A stretch of DNA of 63,961 nucleotides, filler included, from Choristocarpus tenellus KU-1152 (Eukaryota > Protista > Phaeophyceae): NCBI GenBank assembly GCA_964200185.2. It is 14 parts of 14 records of this genome, joined end to end, with 100 filler letters (N's around TTAATTAATTAA, not from the genome) between each part and the next. Parts side by side here need not be neighbours in the genome. Positions count along the whole stretch, not along the records: positions 1 to 7,249 come from CAXNAD020006465.1; positions 7,350 to 10,324 come from CAXNAD020023232.1; positions 10,425 to 13,049 come from CAXNAD020026174.1; 11 more parts are not named here. One strand, given 5' to 3'. The notes under the pieces are model-generated. The model made no database searches. It was not told the DNA's origin and saw nothing but the letters and a program-made list of their open reading frames with translations. A program made the position numbers and the translations under genes. Of this stretch, positions 1 to 12,086 are shown piece after piece; positions within the stretch are counted from its first letter, which is position 1, and every line of letters starts with the position of its first letter.

Positions 1-1098
1 GGGGGGGGGGGGCGGGACTGACGCGGGGGGGGGGGGGGGAGGGGGGGGGGGGGAGGGGGGGCCAGCCACTACGTGGCTTTGCCCTCCTGAGCATCATGCA
101 CCTTATGTGATGTGATCAGAAGTTAACCATTGCCACAAGACAAATTGCACCCTTTTTCTATATCCCCTGCCCCTGTCCCTCCAGATATCCACATGCAACC
201 CAACTTGGGCATCTTGAATTTAATGCAGGAAGTAGGATGTTGACATATGTTTTGCAAGTTGAATTTGACAGTTGCACCTCTCTTTTAGAGTACTTACTCT
301 TTCGATTTTTCCAACCACTCGCAGGCATTTCTGACTGTCTGGGCCCTGTACAGACGCTTTGTGCTGGGAGCTGTAGAGGTGCAAAAGGAGAAGGCATTAA
401 AGAGAGGGCAGGTGCTGTAATGCCACCAAATAACAGAGTGCAGTATAAAACTGAACTGTGTGTTTTTTCTTGGCATGATGAAACCAACTCAATGTTTTGC
501 GCCGATAATTTTCCAAGGATATGTTTGGTCTCAATGTGGTGACACTACAAGTAAACGGCCCTTGTGACGACTGCTTCCTATACTGATTTTTTATCCCTTC
601 TTGATAAGGTAGAGGTAGGTAAATGCATGTCAACAGGAATAGATAGGGGGGGGGGGGACTTGATCATGCTCAATTATTAGCAACATTTGGAGTGCGAGTT
701 GAGATTTAAAATGTCCCCGCACAACCCACTATGTAACTGTTCTGAGCTTTGTGAGGTGTTAGTACTATTATTATTGTTAATTGATACTGCTGCAAAGCGA
801 TGCAGAGCTTCTGGTCGAGTCACCTCGACCGTGTGGCAGGCATGTGATTTCGCACGCTTCTTGACGCACGATTTGAGCGTCTCTGATAATTTTTTGATGT
901 TGATGCCTGGCTAATAACGGGTTGGCTGGCTTCCCATTGTTCTTCAGCCTGCTGTTTGGCGTTTCATGCCTTTGCACATTGTATGTTGTGACGGCCTACT
1001 TTTGAGGACTCCATTTTTCTTTCTTGTAGCTGTTGTGTGAATTGACATATTTTCGAGTATGATTTTTTTTTTGATGGAGTCAGAGTGTGTTAGGGTTA

Positions 1099-1338
1099 GG
1101 GTAGAGCCGCATCCGTTTGGCGGCCAAAATCCAATGTTGAAAGTTTGATGTAATTTTGGCTGTCATGTTTGTTAGGAAGTGTCTATATCCTTGTTCCAGA
1201 CACAACTTTTTGTAACATGCACATTTTACCTACTCCAAAACATTTCGTAGTAGTTAAAATGTCATAAAAGACTGTGGGAATCCAAGCCCCAAACGGACAA
1301 ACAGGGCAAAACTTCTACCCTCTTAGATACTTTCACTC
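1099..1338 (+). mobile_element. Sola2-like MITE copy, 5' TIR truncated
   Basis: Matches the ~255-bp family (GGGTAGAGCCGC...CCAATGTTG...GGACAAACAGGGCAAAAC...TACCCTCTTAGATACTTTCACTC). The left terminus is replaced by TTAGGGTTAGGG. Confidence 0.85.
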
Positions 1339-2249
1339 ATGAACTCATCTGATTACTGGTTAAAAATGGAGGCTGTTCCCCGCTTGAGGTTTGTTGGTTC
1401 GAATCCCATCCACACTAGGAAGTCTGGTTTTGACTATCCAACTTCCACGTGGTGAGTTGTATAGACTGTACGCCCGTAGTATCCTATCTGTTACCATGCT
1501 GTAACAACGTTGAACCGATACTGATGTGGTAATAATGTGGTTAATGATGTGGTTAATGATGTGGTAAGGGTTCATTGCCGAATGATGTCAAGGTGGGCCA
1601 ATTAGAAGATTCTAGGCCAGAGGAGGAGGAGGAGTGACAGGTGGTGGGATGGCTGAATCGTATGGACGATTAGAAGCAGGGCATGCACGGAGGCAGCATA
1701 GTTTTACAGTACAACAATTACAGTTACGGTTGTTGTGAGAAGTAATGCAATGTGAAGGGCCTCTGACCACGGGTTGGGATGATTTTAAAATAGGAATGAT
1801 GAGTATAGTAGCTATGCGACCGAAATTTACACCCAGGATATGAATTGAGGAATGTGATTTGTCGTGCTCCAAAATTAGAAGGTATAGTGTGCAACACTGG
1901 CGGGTAGTAATCACTAAGAAAATAATTGTCTCAATTTCCGATTTCTATCACCACGATTTGATGGAATTGTAGTAATTCAATTCAAGTGCTACAATTCACT
2001 GTATTTCTCAACCAGTGTGTATTGTATTTTGCCTTCTTTGAATTACCTTTTTGAACAGAGGTCTGGGACCCCTGAGTCTAACGTGAATATTTTATAGCTT
2101 TCATATTAATACCAATAATTCGCAAAATATGCCCGTTGTTCTTTGATCAAGGCTTGAGGTGTATGCGTGTGGTGCCTTTTTGGCCAACATTGTACAACCA
2201 CCTACTGTAGTGTGTATGACCGAATGCTTGGAGTACTCAGGGCACCCCT

Positions 2250-3650
2250 CCATTGATCTCTCTAACTGATGGCACAGTGATGGAAGCACCTCCATCGATC
2301 TCTGTATTTGATGCGATGTGCAGGAGGCAGGAGTGTGGAACGTATACACTACTCCTTGTCCTTTGAAAGGAATTCAGGCGACAAGTGCAGTCTGCCTGTA
2401 ACACACACCATCTTTCCTTCATGTTTAACAATTGCGTAGAGGAAGTCATTCGCTTTTTTTGTTTTTTGTTTTGTCCTTGTTACGGAACCTCTTCAAAACT
2501 TTCTCCTCATTCTCCCATCTCCCATCTATTTCACAGGCCTGCTGTACCTTCAAAACTGCTGTGCACACTGCAAACCTGTTTTGCTTACCCTAAACTTGAA
2601 CATCACTTGTAGGTCTCCTCTATACCTCCCTTCTGTTTCAAAATTTGCTTTGCCGATGCCCTGTATAACCACGTAGTTTCTGCCTTCATCGCCAAGTCTG
2701 TGTGTGCTCCCTCCCTCCCACACATCCTACCTATATCGAGAACTTCCTAGGTTATCCTAAAGTGGAGATTATTTTACATCTGTGAGTCTTGTCTGTAGGG
2801 CCCCCTCTCCATTGTTATATTTGCTCGCTGATGCCAATAATGCCCACCACACACACATGCTGTCTTGTTCTACCATCTACCCTTGCTCTTAGCTCCTGGT
2901 TTAGCTCTGAATGTAGCGTTATCCCTGGAAGAGCTCCTCATCGTTCATGTTGCTAATCCTAGCTGCCTTTTGCCCCAACATTTCTCCAATTCTCCTTGAC
3001 GCTTCCAACTCCAGATTAGGGTTGAGATCCGCATGGGTGAGCTCCTCATCTGACATGGTACTAATCCTAGCTGCCCTTTGCCTTACATATATTAACGTAT
3101 ATAGTTATTTTTCTTTCCTATTTTCCCTGTTGCTCCCAAACCCCGGATAAGGGGCATGCTCTGCTGTAACCCTTCATGAGTAAGCTCCTTATATGGTGCA
3201 GACATCACTGAACCAATCCATCCATTCCAATCTTTGACATACTCTCCAACCAGTTTGGTACAACTAGATGTAACACTTTTAAAGTCAAGTCCATTGATGC
3301 CCTGAGGATGATCCCTGTTTCCTTCACTATATCAACGTGTGGTGAGATGGTAAGAGTACTGAGCAAATACTGATGCAAGGGAGGGTTTTTGTCAGAGTAC
3401 CATCCTATGCTCTCACTACTCTACCATCCTGTTCTACCTTGTCCAACAAACGTACCTCTTCGAGAGATTGGCGTCTGTTCCTTCGACACCCTCCTTGTAC
3501 TCCTTGTGCCTTGCCCACATAAACTTGATACAAATCGTTTGTATTGATCACTCTCACACAATCATTTAAGCACCATTCTCCATGGGGCTATTATCTCCAT
3601 ACTTTTATGTTGTTCAGGAAACTACTGAGTCAATTTGGTCGATATCTATT
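2250..3650 (-). mobile_element. Heavily decayed non-LTR retrotransposon (LINE) RT/C-terminal remnant
   Basis: Broken minus-strand translations resemble the RT 'ADDIVL' region (HVDIVKETG) and post-RT segments (AARISNMNDEEL; VMFKFRV). Many stops and frameshifts. Confidence 0.4.
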
Positions 3651-4220
3651 GTGCAGGACAGTGCTGAGGGCGATACGGCACCTGTTTGTACAATACTTTG
3701 TGGAGTATGATGCTTAAACTTAAATTTCTTTCATGCAGGGATTTGTTTCCCTGGGTGTGGACACGTGTCTGAAATTCAGAAAACATTTTGTCCACAGGTG
3801 TATTTTTTTTTTAGTAGTGCTGGCAATCGTTTCGATGTTTCAAGCACCATAGCAACTGCATGTACACAAAAACATGTTTTATTTGTTTGTTTAGTTTGTT
3901 CTTTAGTGATTATTCTCTAAATTCTGCTTTATGAAAGTCTTCGCCTTACCATTGACCAAGGCCAGGTATCTAGATCAACGGTATGCGCGAAGTGGGAAAG
4001 TGAAACGTTTTGCTGAATGTGTGGTCTTATCATTCGGCGGGCCTTTATAAACACCAGTATTTTCTTTTACCCAACCAGTCCACTTTTGAAAGCATGCGCT
4101 GTACATACATTTTTGATGACTTACACTTATTAGATTTTTTTCTAATTTCAACATGCTGCCTCTATCCTACTGCTGCAAAACGAAAACCTCTAAGGCGGCC
4201 CAAGAGTTTTCACACCTACA

Positions 4221-5409
4221 GACACAACACAGGGTGAATGGCGTGTCACTCACACCTGGTGTCTCTCCTGTAACTTCTAGTGTTTTCGGAAAAGCAGTCA
4301 AGAGAACCAACAGCTGGAGCTGGCTCAATCTCAGAGGTGCCATGAATACAACCGCTGTGTCTCGTGGCAGGTCATGTAGTAGGCAACTGGACAGCAATGC
4401 TAGGGGCACCACCTGTGCAACTGAAAGTCATTGTGAAGTTGGTGGAGAGGTGTGTGAAGGGGGTGCTATTGCTGGGGTGGTGAGGGCTGATGACCATGTC
4501 CTTCCTTGCCCATGTCTGGGGTCTTATCGCCACATAGGTCAGGGGCAGAGTCGTGTGCGAGGTCCCTTGCTCTCCAGTATCTGGTATGGTTTGCTAGTTT
4601 CAGCGAGGGAAGCACTGCCTCTTTGGGCCTACATAGATATCTCAAGGGGCGGGTTGGGTGCAAGCCCACAAGCCACAGGGCTGTCCATGGCGCTAGGTAT
4701 GTTTCTTACAGCATGTGTTTATGCTTTTTCACGCCATCAATTCGTGCACCCAGTAGTAGACATGGATAGAAGGGAGGAAGGGACAAGAGGAGGCCCAAGA
4801 GCAGTGAGTGATGCACATACTTTGTGCGCAGGCAGGGGAGGGGTGTGGAGGCATAATGTAGTGCCCATGGTGTGGGGTCATGGTGTGATCGTTGGAATTC
4901 TTGGAGTGCTTGCACTTTTGATGGTGAACGGAGACTCCGGGGAGGTGGGGGGTGGGGAGAGTGTTAACAGTTCCCCCTTATGGAGAAGTGCAGCACTGTG
5001 GCTAGGGATGGCAATCATCGTTACAGTGAATCAGCTCGGTCTGATGTTTGCGCAGGCCATGCAACATTCCTCCTACAGGTGTCATGGTCACAATAGCAGT
5101 GGGATTGAGGGCAGTGACCCTCTGTGGATGTACTGCCGATCAGTGCTTGCTGGGGATGCAATTGGTGGTGCAAGTGGTCTCCTGGTTGTTGCTGCGTCCC
5201 TAGGGACGATGTGGACATTTCCTGTAAATGGTTCCTTTTGGCTCCTGGGGTGCTTCCTGGGTGATGTGGGAATGGCTCTGTGGACTAGGTCTGTCAGTGA
5301 CCTAGATAATGGGTTGAGATTGTTGCCCAATGGGAACGATGAGCTGCAGCATGAAATGGTTTCAGGGGATGGGCGTGAGGGGATTGAGGGCATTGTTCAG
5401 TTGGTGTGA
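4221..5409 (+). CDS. 3'-terminal exon of an MFS transporter, ZIFL1/ZIF-like
   Basis: Longest ORF in the window (418 aa), with several hydrophobic helices and the motif EALPLWAYIDISRGGLGASPQATG, resembling the ZIFL-type 'E.fsLWa....gGL.fs....G' loop. The exon start is inferred from CTACAG at 4215-4220; upstream exons are uncertain. Confidence 0.65.
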
Positions 5410-5749
5410 GACTTGATGAGTTCGGTTGTTTGATTTATTTGTATCCTCTTTTGTTGATGATCTGTCCTGTCTAACAGGTGTTAGTGAATAGTGTCTTGCT
5501 TTGGCTGCCCCTCTTTGTCGCATGAGTTGTGCCATTGCTTTTTCTCTTCTTGTGGGCACGTGGAGGGCATGCAATGTATTTTGTCTCTACTTTATTCTGT
5601 TAATCTGTCTTTCTTATGTATTCCAAGTATTGTGTCGATGCTTCTCTGGGTTCATTTAACCACAGGTTTATTAGAACCCCTCACACTTGATGTAAAGAAC
5701 GATATTAATAGTAACAATTGTGCTTAGTGTGTTCTTTGTAAGTTGAAGT

Positions 5750-7240
5750 TTGAATTTCCTAATTGATTGGGTCAAAGCGCATGGTATGGGTGACAACTGT
5801 TGTGCTGATGGTGTGAACCCCCTGACACATTTGGGACCGTCCCAAACACAGTATATTATTGATGACCATACTCCGCTTTGTGCTGGATGAACAAGTAAAT
5901 AGAAATGCGAGGAAATGCACTGCAAATCTCCATCAAACAAAACGCATGACGCACTGAGTTTCTACCTTGCCCAGCAATCCTATAGCCATCATCGACAGCA
6001 TCAACAGCTTAAACAAAAACAATATCATCCCTTTCTAGCCTACAGCCTTCTTTGTAGTCCATTCTAGACAATGCTGACGGATGGCTAAAGCTATTGATTG
6101 CCATGTCAATGGCTGATGATGCTGGACCCAAAGGGTTAGAGAATATCAACATGCGACCATACCGTCGCACATACATACAAAAACTGAAAGTAGAAAGCGG
6201 CATCGAAACCATCTTCTGTGTTCACTTGCGGGCAAGTCATGCTGACCAAAAGAGCACACCACGACTCTGTACACCAACCAACATCTATCGCTTGGGAAGA
6301 CCTCCTACAAGATCAGGAAGATCATCAACTGGGCTTAAGGGTAAAGGTGTCTGCGCCCTCTTCTTCATACTCAGTATCACCACATTGAATCATCACAAAT
6401 CTATCAATGTGTGAAAACTATGTGGGAACACTCTAGTACACACCCCCATCCTTGTCGGTTGCCACCGCATCATGACAGAGTGAACTTCAAAAACATGCTT
6501 TGTTTAAAGCATTTGCCCATTCCCACCTGGGGTAAAAAGCCTAAAAGTTGGAAGTATGTAAACATGAGCAGATGGTGAAGTCTCTGCTATACACCACATG
6601 GCTACTATCCCGATGAACAACAAAAATACAACCACAAGATATTGAACTGCTGTGAGAGGTGGGTTCGGATCGTATATGACCCAGTAGAGCTGGTGCACAC
6701 AACTTACCTTATAGCTACAGGCGACAACTTTCTTGGCCAGGGAACAAAAGTGCACAATGGTGTGTTGCCTGTCACCACCGGCATGAACTGGGATGATTCA
6801 CCTCTACTGACTCTATAAGAAAGCAAAAAGTCAAATGTACTGCCATTGTGACAGAAATAGAAAAATCGTGGTAAGTGTTGAGTAGACGACCTACCTCAAG
6901 TGGGCAGTCCTTTGCCCCACAAGAAGAGTAAGTCAGTTGTTGCTTTGTCTGGAACCACCTTACGTGATGCTGTAAGCCATCACCCTGAATGCTGCAACTG
7001 CAATGTAGATCCCCTCATCCCCTCCGTCTACTCCGTCCTCATCTTGGACTTTTGACAATTTTCAACCCTTCCGATGTCTCTCATAGCAGAGACTCCTCCG
7101 CACAATCACACCTCACAGAACTCAAACACAAGATCTTTGGTCCCTCCTTTTGCAGCACCATCCACCAGCTCTGGCACCACTTGTCCAGTTACCCCCCCTG
7201 CCTCCATCCCCACCCCTCCCCCCTCCCCATCCACTAACTC
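5750..7240 (+). mobile_element. Decayed Ty3/gypsy pol remnant (RNase H-integrase)
   Basis: Degenerate motifs in gypsy order: IIDDHTPL (~TDHKPL), NADGWLKL (~NADGLSRL), then NWDDSPL (~integrase WD..LP). Many stops. Confidence 0.45.
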
Positions 7241-7249
7241 CTGGGTCCT

Positions 7250-7349
7250 NNNNNNNNNNNNNNNNNNNNNNNNNNNNNNNNNNNNNNNNNNNNTTAATTA
7301 ATTAANNNNNNNNNNNNNNNNNNNNNNNNNNNNNNNNNNNNNNNNNNNN
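7250..7349. other. Artificial contig linker, first of 13 (others at 10325-10424, 13050-13149, 16712-16811, 19740-19839, 28487-28586, 31229-31328, 36192-36291, 44228-44327, 49525-49624, 52444-52543, 58420-58519, 61339-61438)
   Basis: Each is exactly 44 N + TTAATTAATTAA (stops in all six frames) + 44 N. Confidence 0.99.
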
Positions 7350-7943
7350 CCCCCCCCAGATACTTTGAGCCGAACCTTGGATTTGTGTGGAACATCTTTC
7401 GTGACATTGAGGCATGGTATCTTTTCAAGAGACCAGCCCCACAGATAGTGGATATCTCTTCAATCAGAGGCGCCAAACATCAAGGATTTTCCTTGATTGA
7501 CATAAAGTCTTGACACTCTGATGATCCACTCTCTCATGAGATCCTCCCCACTCTGCAGTTCTTACAGTTGTCCAACCTCAACTTCGTTCTCTAGGCAACG
7601 ATTTGTCTTGGTCCCTCTGGTCAATCTTGCCCCGTGATTTCTCTTCATAACCCATGCCTGAGTAAATGACACTGCCAAAGAATCATATGATTCACATACA
7701 TAGTAATTTACTGTGCATACCATAATATTAACACTGAGAACTATTATACCATGCCAGACGTAGTGTCACTGTAGGAAGGCAAAGAACAAGTCGTTCTCAA
7801 CGCCCCCGGCAAGTAGTGGACTAACAAGAAGGATTTGGTCCGTCCTGGATAGCAACGTGTTGAAGTGTAGGAAATATGTACAAAGGTTATTGTGATGTCC
7901 ATCATCAGCATAGCAAAACGGAACTATCCTCTGGCTCAATGTA

Positions 7944-8201
7944 GAGGCAAAGTATCCTAGAGGGTAGAGCTGTGTCCATTTGGGGGCCAAAATCCAATGT
8001 TGCTATTTTGATGTAAATTTGGCTATCATGTTTGCTAGGAAGTGTCAATATCCTTGTTGCGGACACACCTTTTCATAACATACACAATTTACCTACTCCG
8101 AAACATTTCGGAGTAGGAAAATGTTAAAAAAAACACATGGGAAACCAAGGTTCAAACGGACAAATAGGGCAAAACTCGCACCCTCTAAGATACTTTCATT
8201 C
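7944..8201 (+). mobile_element. Sola2-like MITE copy
   Basis: GAGGCAAAGTATCCTAGAGGGTA ... CACCCTCTAAGATACTTTCATTC, 258 bp. TSD not intact. Confidence 0.9.
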
Positions 8202-8205
8202 GGTG

Positions 8206-8460
8206 TGTTGTCCCAGTGTTAGCACGAGGAATTGGAAAAAAGACCATGGACTGTTTTGAGGTTAGTTTTTTCGTTTATTTGCTTGCATGAGTCGTGTCTG
8301 GTATGTACACAAAGAGGACTGTCAGTTAGGGCCTGTTGTCCCAGTGTGTGCAAGAGGAATTAAAAAGTATTCCATGGGCTGTTTTTAATTTAGTACTCGT
8401 TTATTTGCTTGCATGTGTCGGATTTAGTATGTACACAAACGGGGTTGTCGGTCAGGGTGT
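8206..8460. repeat. ~128-bp diverged tandem duplication
   Basis: Two units, each TGTTGTCCCAGTGT...GAGGAATT...CCATGG...TCGTTTATTTGCTTGCATG...GTATGTACACAAA. Confidence 0.8.
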
Positions 8461-9216
8461 TAGGGTTAAAGTTGTTGGCATGAAGGAAGGGAAAAGGGTT
8501 AGGTTTTGCTATCGGGTTAATGTAGTAGTGTTTCTTTGATATCATGTGTCGACGGATTCTGGATGTGTTACAAAAAGAGTTATTGATCAAGGTCTGTTAT
8601 CGTACGTTTCGCTGGGAGTACCTTAAGATATACTTCCCTTGATTCGGGGCTAGGGTTAGTGGGTTGTTTAAATCCTGATGAGCTAGGGTTGGTTTGGCGT
8701 AAGTAAGGTCGATGACGGCACTGGTACGTAATTCAGGTGAGACGCTTGTCGATTTTAGGTTGCCACGGGATGCAGATGGGCTCAGTGTAAGTGTTAGGGT
8801 AAGTTTATGGTTTAGTGTCGGTGTGCGGGGGTAGCGATCCAGGTCATTCGTCGAGTTCATGGCATGTGTCTGGGGTAGGCTCAGGGTTGGTGTTGCGCTT
8901 AGGAGCATCGGATGTGGACTTCGGGATATGTTCCTCCAAGATTTGAAGGAGGACGAGATCGGCCCTCGTTTGCCGACACTTGGACAAAGCATGAGATAGT
9001 GCATAGAGTATTGAGAAGCAGGGGGGAGCTAGGTAGTAGGGTTCAGGGAATAATTAGCGGTAGGTAAGAAGGCAACGTATCCATTGCAGGCCTTGGCGAA
9101 TTGATCGGAAGCTTAGTGGAAAAGATGGAGAAGAGTTGTTTATAAATTGTTTTATAGTTGTAGTAGTCTGAACCTTGGATTGGACAAGCTCTTGCTAAAC
9201 AAATAAGAACACAGGT

Positions 9217-9466
9217 GAGTGAAAATATCTTAGAGGGCACCCTGTTCGTCCATTTGAGGTTTAGTTTCCCACGGGTTCTAATGACATCTTAACTACTCCG
9301 AAATGTTCTGGAGTGGGTAAGCTGTATACGTTATGAAAATCGGTGTCCAGAACCAAGGATATTGACACTTTCAAATAAACACAATAGTCAAAATTTCATC
9401 GAAATCACAACATTGGATTTTGGCCCCCAAATGGACGCGGCTCTACCCTCTAAGATTCTTCGACTC
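9217..9466 (-). mobile_element. Sola2-like MITE copy with TSD AGGT
   Basis: GAGTGAAAATATCTTAGAGGG ... TACCCTCTAAGATTCTTCGACTC, flanked by AGGT at 9213-9216 and 9467-9470. Confidence 0.92.
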
Positions 9467-9855
9467 AGGTCTAATCCTCAAGATGAGTATCATATATGAT
9501 ACACTGACTCCTCTGACTGGTCGCAGTGTATCCGATACCATTGTATAAGTATCATGGGTGTTTCCTTCAGGGCTTACATTGTCAGCATCTGGGGTGGGTG
9601 GGGTGATTACGGTAGGATGGAGGCTTTGGATGATGGGCTGACGACAGGGTATGGTGTGCGCGGTGCTCTGACAAGGAAGTAAAGAGATTACCCGCTTAGA
9701 AATCGCCACAGATGCATATGATATTTCGACGTCCGGTCGTTGTTGGGTTAGGTCCAACGTGTAATGCGGTCGGGGTAAGCGACGGTGGCACTGCTGGTGG
9801 CAGACGGTTTATGAACAGTTTCGATCAAACAAATTATAATGCTGGAGTAGTGTTT

Positions 9856-10284
9856 TTGGTGATACCACTATTGACAGCTGGTGTGTACACGGTTCTAATG
9901 GTGATAAAAACAGGGGTATGCAACTTCAAAATGCTGGTGTTACCACCATTGACAGCTGGTGTGTACACGCTTCTAATGGTGATAAGCACAGGGCATTGAA
10001 TTTGAAAATGTTGGTGGCACCACTACTGACAGCTTGTGTATACACGATTCTAATGGTGATAAATACAGGGGCATCGGGTTTGAAAATGTTGGTGTTACAA
10101 CGATTGACAGCTGTTGTGTACACGGTTCTAATGGTAATAAAAACAGGGGTAAACAACTTCAAAATGTCGGTGATACCACTATTGACAGCTGGTGTGTGCA
10201 CGGTTCTAATGGTAAGAAATAAAGGGCATCGAATTTGAAAATGTTGGTGTTACCGTGATTGACAGCTGTTGTGTACACGGTTCT
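9856..10284. repeat. 78-bp minisatellite, ~5.5 units
   Basis: Consensus GGTGTGTACACGGTTCTAATGGTGATAAATACAGGGGCATCGAATTTGAAAATGTTGGTGATACCACTATTGACAGCT. Confidence 0.95.
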
Positions 10285-10324
10285 GAGCCAATGTATCTTA
10301 GAGGGTAGAGCCGCGTCCATTTGG
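10285..10324 (+). mobile_element. Sola2-like MITE 5' end inserted in the 78-bp array, cut by contig end
   Basis: GAGCCAATGTATCTTAGAGGGTAGAGCCGCGTCCATTTGG interrupts a unit after ...CACGGTTCT. Confidence 0.88.
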
Positions 10325-10424
10325 NNNNNNNNNNNNNNNNNNNNNNNNNNNNNNNNNNNNNNNNNNNNTTAATTAATTAANNNNNNNNNNNNNNNNNNNN
10401 NNNNNNNNNNNNNNNNNNNNNNNN

Positions 10425-10509
10425 GTGCGACCAAATCACACCAAAAAGTGAAAATCGAACAAAGGGTGAAAAACGGACGCCGACAACCCCCCCCAAGATA
10501 CTTTGACCC
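10425..10509. mobile_element. Terminus of a second TIR-element family (poly-C + AGATACTTTGACCC). Related ends at 7350-7371, 16812-16880, 36292-36333, and in the opposite orientation at 28393-28486, 58347-58419
   Basis: GTGAAAAACGGACGCCGACA-Cn-AGATACTTT is shared by 10465-10504 and 36292-36329. G(G/A)CTCAAAGCATCT-Gn-GTCTACACCAGGGT.TCCATTCGGG is shared by 28393 and 58347. All lie at contig ends. Confidence 0.7.
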
Positions 10510-10544
10510 TTTGAAAAAAATTGTACACTATTTACAGATGACCA

Positions 10545-11400
10545 TCTACACGGTTCTAATGGTGATAAATACAGGGACATCAAATTTGAAAATGTTGGTG
10601 ATAGCACTACTGACAGGTGGTGTGTACACGGTTCTAGTGGTGATAAATACAGGGGCATCGAATTTGAAAATGTTGGTGATACCACTATCGCCAGCTGGTG
10701 TTTACAAGGTTCTAATGGTAATAAATACCGGATATCGAATTTGAAATTGGTGATACCACTATCGACAGCTGGTGTGTACAAGGTTCTAATGGTAATAAAT
10801 ACAGGGGCATCGAATTTGAAAATGTTGGTGATACCGCTATCGACAGCTGGTGTGTACACGGTTCTAATGGTAAGAAATACAGGACATCGAATATTAAAAT
10901 TTTGGTGATACCTCTATCGACAGCTGGTGTGTACACGGTTGTAATGGTGATAAATACAGGGGCATCGAATTTGAAAAAGTTTGTGATACCACTACTGGCA
11001 GCTGTTGTGTACAAAGTTCTAATGGTAATAAATACAGGACATCGAAATTGAAATTGTTGGTGATAGCACCGCTGACAGCTGGTGTGTACACAGTTCTACT
11101 GGTTATAAATACAGGGCATCGAATTTGAAATTGTTGGTGATAACACTACCATCGACAGCTGGTGTGTACACGGTTGTAGTGGTGATAAATACAGGGGCAT
11201 TGGGTTTCGAAAAGTTCATGTTACCACTATTGACTGGTGGTGTGTACACGATTGTAATGGTGATAAAGGCAGGGCATGGAATTTGAAAATGTTGGTGATA
11301 CCACTACTGACAGGTGATGTGTACAAGGTTCTTATGGTAATAAATACAGGGCATCGGATTTGAAATCGTTGGCGACACCACTATTGACAGCTGCTTGGTA
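10545..11400. repeat. 78-bp minisatellite, ~11 units
   Basis: Same consensus as 9856-10284, with occasional 1-3 bp indels. Confidence 0.95.
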
Positions 11401-11828
11401 CAAACTCCGAATGTAAATGAACACATAAACATGTGTAGAGACATGTGGTTGTGTTCACGACCGAGAAAAGCACAATGAGGGGTGGATACGTTGGAAACTC
11501 TTCAACACCGCACACATAACCAATCTTGGCCTAATGTGAGCATTTGCTCCCTGAATTTCAGACCACCATGACATGGAGGCCTCTTAGCGCACACCAAAAT
11601 ATTTGTCACCAGTGTTGACACAGATCTGTGCTATATACGGCGGGATGGACAGACCGGCATGTGTAGGGGTTACACCGATTTTGACACGAAATTGCTTTCA
11701 TCCAGAATTGTATCTGGAGGTTCCGAATGATATTTACACACAGGTGGCAACATAGCAGTGGTGATCGAAATTGGTATGGTTGTAGACCTGAAAACCTTTC
11801 TACATAACGCAATGGGGTCTTGATCGCT

Positions 11829-12086
11829 GAGCTAAAGTATCTTAGAGGGTAGAGCCGTGTCCATTTGGGGGTCAAACTCCGATGTTACGATTTCGATATA
11901 ATTTTGACTGTTGTATTTGTTGGCAAGTGTCAATATCCACATTCTGGACACACCTTTTCGTTACGTACACATTTTACCTACTCGAAATATTTCGGAGTAG
12001 GTAAAATGTCATGAAAAAACCATGGGAAGTCAAGCCCGAAATGGACAAACAGGGCAAACATCGTACCCCCTAAGACACTTTCACTC
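11829..12086 (+). mobile_element. Sola2-like MITE copy with TSD CGCT
   Basis: GAGCTAAAGTATCTTAGAGGGTA ... TACCCCCTAAGACACTTTCACTC, 258 bp, flanked by CGCT at 11825-11828 and 12087-12090. Confidence 0.93.

Noticed and set aside
7294-7305. Palindrome TTAATTAATTAA recurring 13 times
   Set aside because: Artificial six-frame-stop linker inside N runs; it also creates spurious ORF ends containing X residues.
8597-9757. Single gene interrupted by the MITE at 9217-9466
   Set aside because: Removing the MITE does not restore one frame and no domain is recognisable. Possibly a decayed retroelement ORF1.
10285-10545. Continuity of the 78-bp array across the linker
   Set aside because: The two contig ends carry different element families, and the linker is artificial, so adjacency is unproven.
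9856-11400. CRISPR-like array or repeat-protein gene
   Set aside because: The whole 78-bp unit is conserved with no unique spacers, there are no cas genes, the context is eukaryotic, and indels break the frames.
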